Notes under the pieces: model-generated
What the model was told of the DNA's origin: nothing
Database searches by the model: none
Seen by the model: the letters and a program-made list of their open reading frames with translations, nothing else
Shown here: positions 57,160 through 64,000 of the stretch, piece by piece
How positions within the stretch are numbered: position 1 is the first letter of the stretch
Layout of the letters: every line of letters begins with the position of its first letter
Position numbers and translations under genes: made by a program
Virus record (IMG/VR): IMGVR_UViG_3300042894_005670
Origin: a virus
Direction: 5' to 3' (one strand)
DNA: 64,000 nt

Positions 57160-57441
57160 CTAAATAAACACTTTTGTCAATACTTTCTTTTTCTGTGGTT
57201 TTAATGATACACTAAAATGTGTTGCTTGTTCTTTAGTCACAACTTTTTCGGCAAGATACTGATATTTTACTTTAACTTCAGCTTCTTTAAAAATCTGTCG
57301 CACCGTGTCTAATTTATCCACTGACACACGATAAAAACCATGTTGTAATAGATAATCAGCTAATTCTTTATCACCTGACAAACCAACTGCTTGCCATAAC
57401 GTAAAATTGTTTTTAATAGTTGATGCCTCAATATGTGCCAT
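57160..57441 (-). CDS. Hypothetical protein
   Basis: AGGAG SD. Confidence 0.6.
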   Translation of the reverse strand: MAHIEASTIKNNFTLWQAVGLSGDKELADYLLQHGFYRVSVDKLDTVRQIFKEAEVKVKYQYLAEKVVTKEQATHFSVSLKPQKKKVLTKVFI

Positions 57442-57442
57442 T

Positions 57443-58099
57443 TTATGCTCCTGCCTTAGGTTTTAATAGTGAAAGTTCTTGATCCATGCTACGGTTGTGC
57501 TCGTTGCGTGGTCCTGTCCACACATTAGTCTTAGCTTCACCTGTTACACGATTAGCCCATAGTTCACAAAATGCGCTATGTGGGCTAGTATCGTACGTTT
57601 TACCGTTTTCATGACAGGTAAAAGTTCCATCTGCATTGACAGTAAAACTTACCCTAATAGGATTACAATTAGTATCATTTTTAGATTGGCTAAAGGTTTG
57701 TCCTGCTAATTCTGCCACACGATCACGTGATTTATTACTAGCAATAAATTTTACAGCAGCAGGTTCAAGCTCAGTTTGGTTAACATTTTGTTCACTTGCT
57801 CCGTATACTTCCATAAATTTTGATACACGCTCAACTAACATACCATCAGTATCTTCAAACCATTCACCTTGCATTCGTTCAGGCAATATAGCATGTAACA
57901 TTTTTTCAACTCTGCTCATACTATCCACTTGCCAATACTTAATCATGGTATAACCAATGGTAAACTTAGTACTGTTTAGTGCATTTTCTCTGCTTGGTAC
58001 GTTAATACTTTTGCCAACTTTTTTTTCAGTAAGTGAACTGATATCCTTACCGCTATAGTGATAATAGCCACCAACGTAAATATAACCTGAATCAGTCAT
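57443..58099 (-). CDS. GIY-YIG/T5orf172-domain protein
   Basis: GYIYV...KVGKS....RE..LN...EK.LH......GEWF. Confidence 0.75.
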   Translation of the reverse strand: MTDSGYIYVGGYYHYSGKDISSLTEKKVGKSINVPSRENALNSTKFTIGYTMIKYWQVDSMSRVEKMLHAILPERMQGEWFEDTDGMLVERVSKFMEVYGASEQNVNQTELEPAAVKFIASNKSRDRVAELAGQTFSQSKNDTNCNPIRVSFTVNADGTFTCHENGKTYDTSPHSAFCELWANRVTGEAKTNVWTGPRNEHNRSMDQELSLLKPKAGA

Positions 58100-58145
58100 A
58101 TGGGTAATCTCCATGTAAATTTTCGCTATTGTAGCAAAAAGATAA

Positions 58146-58172
58146 TAAAAAAGCACAGACTAGCTGTGCTTT
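58146..58172 (-). terminator. Intrinsic terminator
   Basis: AAAGCACAG-CTAGT-CTGTGCTTT plus T-tract. Confidence 0.8.
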
Positions 58173-58194
58173 AATAGATTGAAATTATCCTAAA

Positions 58195-58473
58195 TTACTT
58201 TGTTTTGGTCATGCTTTGTGAAGCGTGGTTTACAAAGTTGTACATGGTTTCTGCAGTTTTAAGAACTTGCTCGATACCTGGAAACTGTGGCATACCAAGG
58301 GTTGTTGTAACAACACCTTTATCATCACGTTGTACGCTCATTTCCCAACCGTGAAATTTACTATGGTATTCCTCGCTGATAAGGTCTTTAGCCATTTTGA
58401 GGATTTCTGTACGGATTTCATAACCGTTTTTGTTGAATTTAACTTCAGTTTTTGGTAAATCAAAATTTGACAT
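58195..58473 (-). CDS. Conserved hypothetical phage protein
   Basis: KNGYEIRTEIL.MAK...FP....VL..AE..Y.FV. Confidence 0.7.
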   Translation of the reverse strand: MSNFDLPKTEVKFNKNGYEIRTEILKMAKDLISEEYHSKFHGWEMSVQRDDKGVVTTTLGMPQFPGIEQVLKTAETMYNFVNHASQSMTKTK

Positions 58474-58502
58474 AATTTTCTCCTTGTGTGTGTATGTCTA
58501 TG

Positions 58503-58793
58503 TTAGGCTTTTTGTTCTGCACGATTTTGTGCAGTCCAGGCATCCCAACCTGCCTTATACCAATCAATACTAAACGGATTCATTATTTTTTCAATTTTTG
58601 TATGTAAAAACTCTCTATTACAAGTAGTGATAATATTTGTAGTAGTTTCTAGTGCAGTATTTAAAAATTTACTTTGAGCCTCAATGTAAATTAACATATT
58701 ATTTTTGAGGTCAGTGTGCTTGACATATTTTTCAACAAATTGCTTTTTAGCATTTTGTACACTGTCAATAAAAAGTGAAGGTTGATTAATCAT
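58503..58793 (-). CDS. Amphipathic helical, possibly phasin-like protein
   Basis: FIDSVQNAKKQFV...IEAQSKF helical pattern. Confidence 0.45.
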   Translation of the reverse strand: MINQPSLFIDSVQNAKKQFVEKYVKHTDLKNNMLIYIEAQSKFLNTALETTTNIITTCNREFLHTKIEKIMNPFSIDWYKAGWDAWTAQNRAEQKA

Positions 58794-58876
58794 ATTGCAT
58801 TCCTTTCTGTGTATGTGTCTAAATTGAATACACCTAATGTGTACTCATATGTATTTATACAATAAAAGTTATTGTA

Positions 58877-59005
58877 TTACAATTTTTTAGGATGATGTGG
58901 GGTTAAGAAATCCCATTCTTCGCCAAGTACATATTGATGATTTAACTTTTCATCAATATAAGCAACAAGTGCTAACGAACCAAGTATAAAATAAGCTAAC
59001 ATCAT
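58877..59005 (-). CDS. Small peptide, 42 aa (not in track)
   Basis: MMLAYFILGSLALVAYIDEKL... Confidence 0.5.
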   Translation of the reverse strand: MMLAYFILGSLALVAYIDEKLNHQYVLGEEWDFLTPHHPKKL

Positions 59006-59006
59006 A

Positions 59007-59114
59007 TTACTTACCCATTAATTTTACTGCACTTTGCCATTTACCCCTACGTGTTAAATGACTAGCCAATAACCCTTCACACCAAACTTGGTACATTATT
59101 CTTAAAAAAGTCAT
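59007..59114 (-). CDS. Small peptide, 35 aa (not in track)
   Basis: MTFLRIMYQVWCEGLLASHLTRRGKWQSAVKIMGK; GGAG SD, ATGA coupling. Confidence 0.55.
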   Translation of the reverse strand: MTFLRIMYQVWCEGLLASHLTRRGKWQSAVKLMGK

Positions 59115-59221
59115 TGCCATTCTCCACGATGTAAATGAAAGTATCTGCGAGCACGTGCTTTTCCACTTGCTTCTAACGCTTTAAATATTTTATAACCTAT
59201 ACTTGTTAAAAAACTAAACAT
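59111..59221 (-). CDS. Small peptide, 36 aa (not in track)
   Basis: MFSFLTSIGYKIFKALEASGKARARRYFHLHRGEWQ; AAGGA SD. Confidence 0.6.
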   Translation of the reverse strand: MFSFLTSIGYKIFKALEASGKARARRYFHLHRGEWQ

Positions 59222-59225
59222 TTTG

Positions 59226-59396
59226 TTATTCCTTATGAGAACTATATTCAAACTCTTTGATGTAATTGTCAAGAGTAGCAGCATCTGTAATGCTTTTTGT
59301 GCTTAGGTAACGCTCCAAACGAGTTTGGTAACCATCTTTTGGAAACATTTCTGCTAAACGCTCAAGGATATTGAGCATAAACTGTGTAATAAACAT
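59226..59396 (-). CDS. Small protein, 56 aa, DUF3563-like (not in track)
   Basis: ..RLERYLSTKSITDAATLDNYIKEFE; GGAG SD. Confidence 0.6.
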   Translation of the reverse strand: MFITQFMLNILERLAEMFPKDGYQTRLERYLSTKSITDAATLDNYIKEFEYSSHKE

Positions 59397-59462
59397 TTTC
59401 AATCTCCATGTGTATGTGTATCTATTTTATTTATATGCTGCAGTGCGTCAAAGACTTGGGAT

Positions 59463-59485
59463 AAAAAAGGCACCGAAGTGCCTTT
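59463..59485 (-). terminator. Intrinsic terminator
   Basis: AAAGGCAC-TTCG-GTGCCTTT-TTT. Confidence 0.9.
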
Positions 59486-59702
59486 ATACTGTTTGATATA
59501 CTTCATCAAACTTATTCAACGCTAACTGTCTAGCTAACCATAACCTAAATTTAATTCTTGGTGATAATTCATTATTTTCTGTAACTATTTTAATTCTAGT
59601 AAGATTACGTCCTACACTATCATCAAATACAAAAATTTCATAATCTTCATCAAAGTCACTTTTAGGCGTAAGCGGTACGTCTTTTCGACGTGCTAGAATT
59701 AT
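59484..59702 (-). CDS. Start-less ORF, probable -1 frameshift extension of 59699-59836
   Basis: 72 sense codons IILARRKD...RLWLARQLALNKFDEVYQTV with no in-frame ATG/GTG; ends at a terminator. Confidence 0.55.
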   Translation of the reverse strand: MILARRKDVPLTPKSDFDEDYEIFVFDDSVGRNLTRIKIVTENNELSPRIKFRLWLARQLALNKFDEVYQTV

Positions 59703-59836
59703 TTTTTTGCGTCTTTTTTATCGTCTTTCTTAGCTTCTGCTTTAGGAGCGTCTTTCTTTTCTTCTTTCTTTGCATCTGCTGCAAATGCGCTTACTGCAAA
59801 AAGTGCAGCAAATAAGGTTGCGAATAATTGTTTCAT
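59699..59836 (-). CDS. Secreted K/D/E/A-rich peptide, 45 aa (not in track)
   Basis: MKQLFATLFAALFAVSAFA signal peptide, then ADAKKEEKKDAPKAEAKKDDKKDAKK. Confidence 0.75.
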   Translation of the reverse strand: MKQLFATLFAALFAVSAFAADAKKEEKKDAPKAEAKKDDKKDAKK

Positions 59837-59970
59837 GATATTTCTTTATAAAAAAATGCTCTCTAATCCTTACGGACTAAGTTAATATTTCGCAGAGCAA
59901 CTTAATATTAACTATACTATTACTATTAACGCATGAGTAAACAAAAGGTTTACACAATAATTATTTATTT

Positions 59971-60135
59971 TTATCCACCACGACCACTTCTACGTACTAC
60001 AGTGGCATTACCAAATCCTTTACTTGGTTTGGTTGATGGTGGTTTAAACCCACCTTTTTGTGGAAATGGTTGTTTAGCCTTAGCTTCGTTAGCCATATTA
60101 ATAAATGGGTTTTTTGATTTTTTAGTCTCAGTCAT
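59971..60135 (-). CDS. Small basic protein, 54 aa (not in track)
   Basis: MTETKKSKNPF...VRRSGRGG; AAGGAG SD. Confidence 0.65.
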   Translation of the reverse strand: MTETKKSKNPFINMANEAKAKQPFPQKGGFKPPSTKPSKGFGNATVVRRSGRGG

Positions 60136-60547
60136 TGTTCTCTCCTTTAACAGATTTTAAGTATTCAGCAACACTACCATATAATAACATCATCGTACCA
60201 ATACGCTCATCATAAAATTTCACTTGAATATGGAATCTTTTAAGTAAAGTACCACTTAAAAATTCTATATAATATGGGCTTAAAATATACTTGTCTAAGT
60301 CAAGTAATGTTTTAGCATCTACCGCAGTGCGATAAGTTTTTATTCTATTATCTAAGTCCCACATTTTCACTGTAGTGCTGCTTATGTTAGCTTCGTTAAA
60401 GCACTTTTCACCATAATCAGACAGTCGCCACCCACCTTGAATACGTTGATCCATATACAATTTAATTGGGTGATATTGTTTTAAATTCGTGTCAATTAAT
60501 TGCAGAATTTTTTCTGCTACAGCTTCTCTATCAGTAGCTAGTGTCAT
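60128..60547 (-). CDS. Hypothetical protein
   Basis: GGWRLSDYG...LDK....PYY. Confidence 0.65.
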   Translation of the reverse strand: MTLATDREAVAEKILQLIDTNLKQYHPIKLYMDQRIQGGWRLSDYGEKCFNEANISSTTVKMWDLDNRIKTYRTAVDAKTLLDLDKYILSPYYIEFLSGTLLKRFHIQVKFYDERIGTMMLLYGSVAEYLKSVKGENND

Positions 60548-60837
60548 TCGTCAGGATAAACTTTAGTTCCCTGATTCATAAACACCACTGAAAATTTAGT
60601 AGTCATAAATTGTTTATTTAATTTTCTGCAAAGATTTCTTGCATGGCCTGGGTTACTAAAGCTTGTTTTTTTGTATTTTGGCACAGCATTACTATCGTAA
60701 TGGTGGCTATTTTTTAAATTGATTGGTTGACCATCAAAGAAAATTGCCCAAATACCTGCTGCTTCTAATACTTGGTCAACTTTGTATGTTTTTTTGTCAA
60801 CCATTTCAACAAGAACTTTTGGTTGAGATCTAGACAT
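60544..60837 (-). CDS. Conserved hypothetical protein
   Basis: PKYKKTSFSNPGHA.NL..KLN. Confidence 0.7.
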   Translation of the reverse strand: MSRSQPKVLVEMVDKKTYKVDQVLEAAGIWAIFFDGQPINLKNSHHYDSNAVPKYKKTSFSNPGHARNLCRKLNKQFMTTKFSVVFMNQGTKVYPDE

Positions 60838-61028
60838 TAAAATTTACCCCCTGAAACTTGAACTTCAATAATTTCAAGACTATTATTTTTTTGTTCAAGT
60901 TTGTCTACAAGGAGTTTTGCTATTTCATCACGCAACAATTTTGCTTCACTTACAGGCATGATAAAATCACGTTTGCTAGTTGAATCAATAGAACTTACCT
61001 TGTCAATAAATCTTTTTATATTAACCAT
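60837..61028 (-). CDS. Small hypothetical protein
   Basis: Follows TAAATA; ends GGKF. Confidence 0.65.
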   Translation of the reverse strand: MVNIKRFIDKVSSIDSTSKRDFIMPVSEAKLLRDEIAKLLVDKLEQKNNSLEIIEVQVSGGKF

Positions 61029-61036
61029 ACTAGTAT

Positions 61037-61483
61037 TTATGCCTTTTTTGCCTCATCTTCAGTTAAAAAAGGTCCACTATACTCGTAGCGTTGTATAAAA
61101 ATATACTTTGGACAAAAAACTGTTTGCCAAACATCGTTCATTTTAATTTTAAAATATCCCGCAGCATGGTAACATTTACTCTTTTTTGATGTTGTATAAA
61201 CGTGTAACTTTCGTTTAACATCATACATATCATTGTATGTTTTTCCCTCAGTAGGCCATTTCGCAAAAGAAATATTATTATGGTGTTGTTTACGCTGTGG
61301 ACGTTCAAACTCAATTAATTTTGTTTTTTCAATAGATTTAAAATCATCAAAATGTGTGATTGAACCATCAATTTTTCTGAAATCAAAACCTGTACCACTT
61401 GCTTCTACATTACCGATTTTAGTAGTACCGTCTGTAACAACCCAAAACTGATTTTTAATAATTGGTTTAGCTTTTAGTATCAT
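61037..61483 (-). CDS. Conserved hypothetical protein
   Basis: SKC..AAGY...FCPK.I.IQRY.Y.GPF. Confidence 0.7.
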   Translation of the reverse strand: MILKAKPIIKNQFWVVTDGTTKIGNVEASGTGFDFRKIDGSITHFDDFKSIEKTKLIEFERPQRKQHHNNISFAKWPTEGKTYNDMYDVKRKLHVYTTSKKSKCYHAAGYFKIKMNDVWQTVFCPKYIFIQRYEYSGPFLTEDEAKKA

Positions 61484-61546
61484 GAGTAGAATGTACCTTA
61501 ACCTATATATTTGGTCAAGTTATTTAGATAAAGTATAAATTATTCG

Positions 61547-61741
61547 TTAATTTTGTTCTAGATATTTACGTGCTTCTGCACTGATCTGTATCTTAACTGC
61601 AGGTTCAACAATAGGAACATGTACAGGATTATTAACATCTCGGTAGCTTTTATTGAAACGAACTGCACCAATACTGTTAACCATAATATCTTGACTAATT
61701 GAATAATAAGGGTTGATTGATGTAATTGGATGTATTTTCAT
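61547..61741 (-). CDS. Small hypothetical protein
   Basis: Follows TATAAATA; ISAEAR end motif. Confidence 0.55.
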   Translation of the reverse strand: MKIHPITSINPYYSISQDIMVNSIGAVRFNKSYRDVNNPVHVPIVEPAVKIQISAEARKYLEQN

Positions 61742-61749
61742 CCATCTAT

Positions 61750-62346
61750 TTATAACACTTTTATATTCAACTCATATAAACCAAAACCTATTTTGCCCTC
61801 TACAAAAGAATTAAATGATAAACTAATTCGTTGCTTATCACCGTTTACAGGATCTACCCCATGCACAGTGCTTGATGGAAAAATATATAATGTCCCATTT
61901 TTTGCAGGTACAGGTGTAGCTAGCGAATTATGTACATCATTGGTCTTTGAAGGTAAATTTAATGTTCTATAAGTTGAATCATAAAAAACAATTTTATCAT
62001 CTTCATTGGTATCAAAATAAAATACTGCACTTAGATAGGAATTAGGATGAGCATGAACATGATGTGATTGCCCACGTTCAGTAAGATTCAACCACGATTG
62101 AGTAATTTTACATTTTAAATCGTTATATGGTCTGATAACATTGTTAACATATTCATCTAAAGAATTCTGACAAAAACTTTTAATTCGTGATAAAGGTTTT
62201 TCAGATAATATATAAGTATTTTCTGATTGTAAATTAGCTATATTTGGTAAGAATTTGCACTTTTTAATATATGCAATTTCTTTAGTCAATGATTCTGTAT
62301 ATTCAAAATGACCTACTACAACGGGAAATAAATGTAGTACATTCAT
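61750..62346 (-). CDS. Putative 2OG-Fe(II) oxygenase
   Basis: SWLN...HHVHAHPNSYLSAVFY...IFPS...HGV....RISLSFN. Confidence 0.85.
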   Translation of the reverse strand: MNVLHLFPVVVGHFEYTESLTKEIAYIKKCKFLPNIANLQSENTYILSEKPLSRIKSFCQNSLDEYVNNVIRPYNDLKCKITQSWLNLTERGQSHHVHAHPNSYLSAVFYFDTNEDDKIVFYDSTYRTLNLPSKTNDVHNSLATPVPAKNGTLYIFPSSTVHGVDPVNGDKQRISLSFNSFVEGKIGFGLYELNIKVL

Positions 62347-62585
62347 GCTAATTCACCAAAATTAGTTATATAGCGTTGTCGTAATTCATCAGTTACATTA
62401 GTACAATTTGTTTCTATTAACTTAAGAAAAACATCATTAATTGGCATACCTATAAAGTTTTTGTTAGCAATAACAGGTAAAATCTCATTATTTTCAAGTT
62501 TCATGTGTCCTATAACATAGGCTACACCATAACAATCATCTACATCATATTTAACAAAATCACCAAGTTTAAACATTTTCTTCAT
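62343..62585 (-). CDS. Hypothetical protein
   Basis: Coupled ORF. Confidence 0.55.
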   Translation of the reverse strand: MKKMFKLGDFVKYDVDDCYGVAYVIGHMKLENNEILPVIANKNFIGMPINDVFLKLIETNCTNVTDELRQRYITNFGELA

Positions 62586-62961
62586 CCTTTGCTATACGTG
62601 CGTTTTTTAAATCAAACCAAGCTAATACTTCTTTTGATTCTAAATCTCTAACTAAATTTATAATATGTAAGGTTAATTTATGTTTTTGATAGTCATAAGC
62701 AGGTTGGTTGTTTATTGCTTCATCCCAATCACGTGTATTAAATGCACCACAATAGTAAAGTTTTTCAAACATTTGCTGTAAACATGTTTTCATTTGTGGA
62801 GTGCAATATACACCTGATGATATTTCCATAGCTAAACACAAAGCTTGTGCATGTGTCATCACTAAACCATTCCAATAAACAATATACTCATCATATTTTG
62901 GAAGATATACTAAAACAGGTTTAGCATCAAGTATACTCCAACTATGTTCAGGTCTATTCAT
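62569..62961 (-). CDS. Hypothetical protein
   Basis: Probable start MNRPEH. Confidence 0.55.
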   Translation of the reverse strand: MNRPEHSWSILDAKPVLVYLPKYDEYIVYWNGLVMTHAQALCLAMEISSGVYCTPQMKTCLQQMFEKLYYCGAFNTRDWDEAINNQPAYDYQKHKLTLHIINLVRDLESKEVLAWFDLKNARIAKDEENV

Positions 62962-63577
62962 ATTCTTCCATTGAAGTAAATTTCCAAGCACTGATATCAT
63001 TCTGTACAATATTTTCAATCAACCCATCAACAGGGCGATACCCATAGGTACAATATTTTACTAAACGTTTTGCAGCTTGTGGTTGTAGCGGATAATTCAT
63101 ACGTAAAACTTTATTACGAATATCGCTTGCTGTATGTTCACCGATAACCCAATTTGTGCCATCTGTGCCTATTTGACACACACTAATATCAAAACTATTA
63201 ACTACATCCTGTAAACTATCATAAAAACGTTTAGTGATAATTTGTACAGTCCAATACCGTCTAATCTTTGATTTGGAAACATAAGCGTAAGTTAAAGCAT
63301 TTTCTGTATGATATTTTTCTTGTACAGTAGCCTGAGCATGTAATCTTTGTTTTAACTCTTTTACTTGATTACTATCAACACAAAAAATATCAATATCAGC
63401 TTGATCTATGGGTTTATGTTGATACCATTGTAAACATGACCCACCCGCAATAAAAGGACCTTGTGGTGTGGGACATATTACCCTAACAGGTTCTTGATCA
63501 TCTGCATGAACTAAAGGATAATCCTTCTTAGGTTCTTCAGGTTTACCAAATAAATCATCAAAAGAAAAGCGACTCAT
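62954..63577 (-). CDS. Nucleotidyltransferase-like protein (poly(A) polymerase/CCA head domain-like)
   Basis: FIAGGS...DIDIF...FDISVCQIG...RLVKY..YGY. Confidence 0.65.
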   Translation of the reverse strand: MSRFSFDDLFGKPEEPKKDYPLVHADDQEPVRVICPTPQGPFIAGGSCLQWYQHKPIDQADIDIFCVDSNQVKELKQRLHAQATVQEKYHTENALTYAYVSKSKIRRYWTVQIITKRFYDSLQDVVNSFDISVCQIGTDGTNWVIGEHTASDIRNKVLRMNYPLQPQAAKRLVKYCTYGYRPVDGLIENIVQNDISAWKFTSMEEYE

Positions 63578-63792
63578 ACAATTTTTTTATCTTGGAGCAA
63601 AGTTTCAAAAGTGCCAAACAATTGTTCAAATTTTACAGCATAAATTGTTTCCAACCCTAGCAAATAGTTTGAAATTTGATCTTTAGTAAAGTTATCATTT
63701 TCAAGAACTTGCTCGTTTAACAATTTAATTTCATCAGTAATACCCCAACAACCTAAAATTTGTTGCTCTAAGTCAAAACGATCTGCCATCAT
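63574..63792 (-). CDS. Conserved small phage protein
   Basis: DRFDLEQQIL.CW.ITD. Confidence 0.65.
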   Translation of the reverse strand: MMADRFDLEQQILGCWGITDEIKLLNEQVLENDNFTKDQISNYLLGLETIYAVKFEQLFGTFETLLQDKKIV

Positions 63793-63958
63793 ATTCTCCT
63801 ATACCAAAACGTTGTTGTATAACTTGTTTTACTGCAATAAGTGCTGCGTTCCAACTTGGTGTATCGTAGGGGTCACCATCAGTGCCAACTCCACTATAAC
63901 CACGCAAATCATCGCATACATTGAAACATTCTGCAAGCACTAATTCAGTTAAATTCAT
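63773..63958 (-). CDS. Small hypothetical protein
   Basis: ORF track; ELVLAEC...QRFGI. Confidence 0.5.
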   Translation of the reverse strand: MNLTELVLAECFNVCDDLRGYSGVGTDGDPYDTPSWNAALIAVKQVIQQRFGIGEYDGRSF

Positions 63959-64000
63959 TAAATCTGCTAATGCAGGTTCACTATGTACACCATATTTTGG

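Noticed and set aside
59933-60160. Plus-strand 75-aa ORF
   Set aside because: Antisense shadow of the SD-led minus-strand ORF at 59971-60135.

Overview
AT-rich (roughly one-third GC) segment of a large tailed phage genome (T4-like or jumbo myovirus type). It uses the standard genetic code, sigma70-type TTGACA-N17-TAnnnT early promoters and TAAATA/TATAAATA late-type promoters. Layout: 1-8.7 kb late genes (membrane/lysis-like proteins, GIY-YIG endonuclease, IF-1, SOD, GH19 lysozyme, ErpA, long fibre). 8.7-25 kb is a mostly minus-strand translation/host-takeover island with 19 tRNA genes, one split by a 200-nt group I intron, plus a GGQ release-factor-like protein, an RNAP omega-like protein, a DUF2828-type vWA protein and a promoter-dense block of small early genes. 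25-31 kb modification enzymes. 31-43 kb baseplate, PAAR, nrdAB and a second fibre. 43-56 kb head and replication genes (helicase, primase, mini-DnaE, UvsW). 56-64 kb small accessory genes. The main finding is a candidate ribosome-coupled attenuator at the head of the tRNA array (24651-24865, minus strand). Its leaderless 38-aa leader ORF uses 19 of 20 amino acids and 31 different codons, and its last codons overlap an antiterminator arm, so it could act as a general sensor of tRNA shortage. Read-through would make an unknown structured RNA, tRNAs and a circularly permuted tRNA mimic (YrlA-like). The mimic's closing stem-bulge motif recurs twice in the leader of the DUF2828 (putative Ro60/TROVE-like) gene. 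All protein family calls are by eye from motifs; no searches were run.
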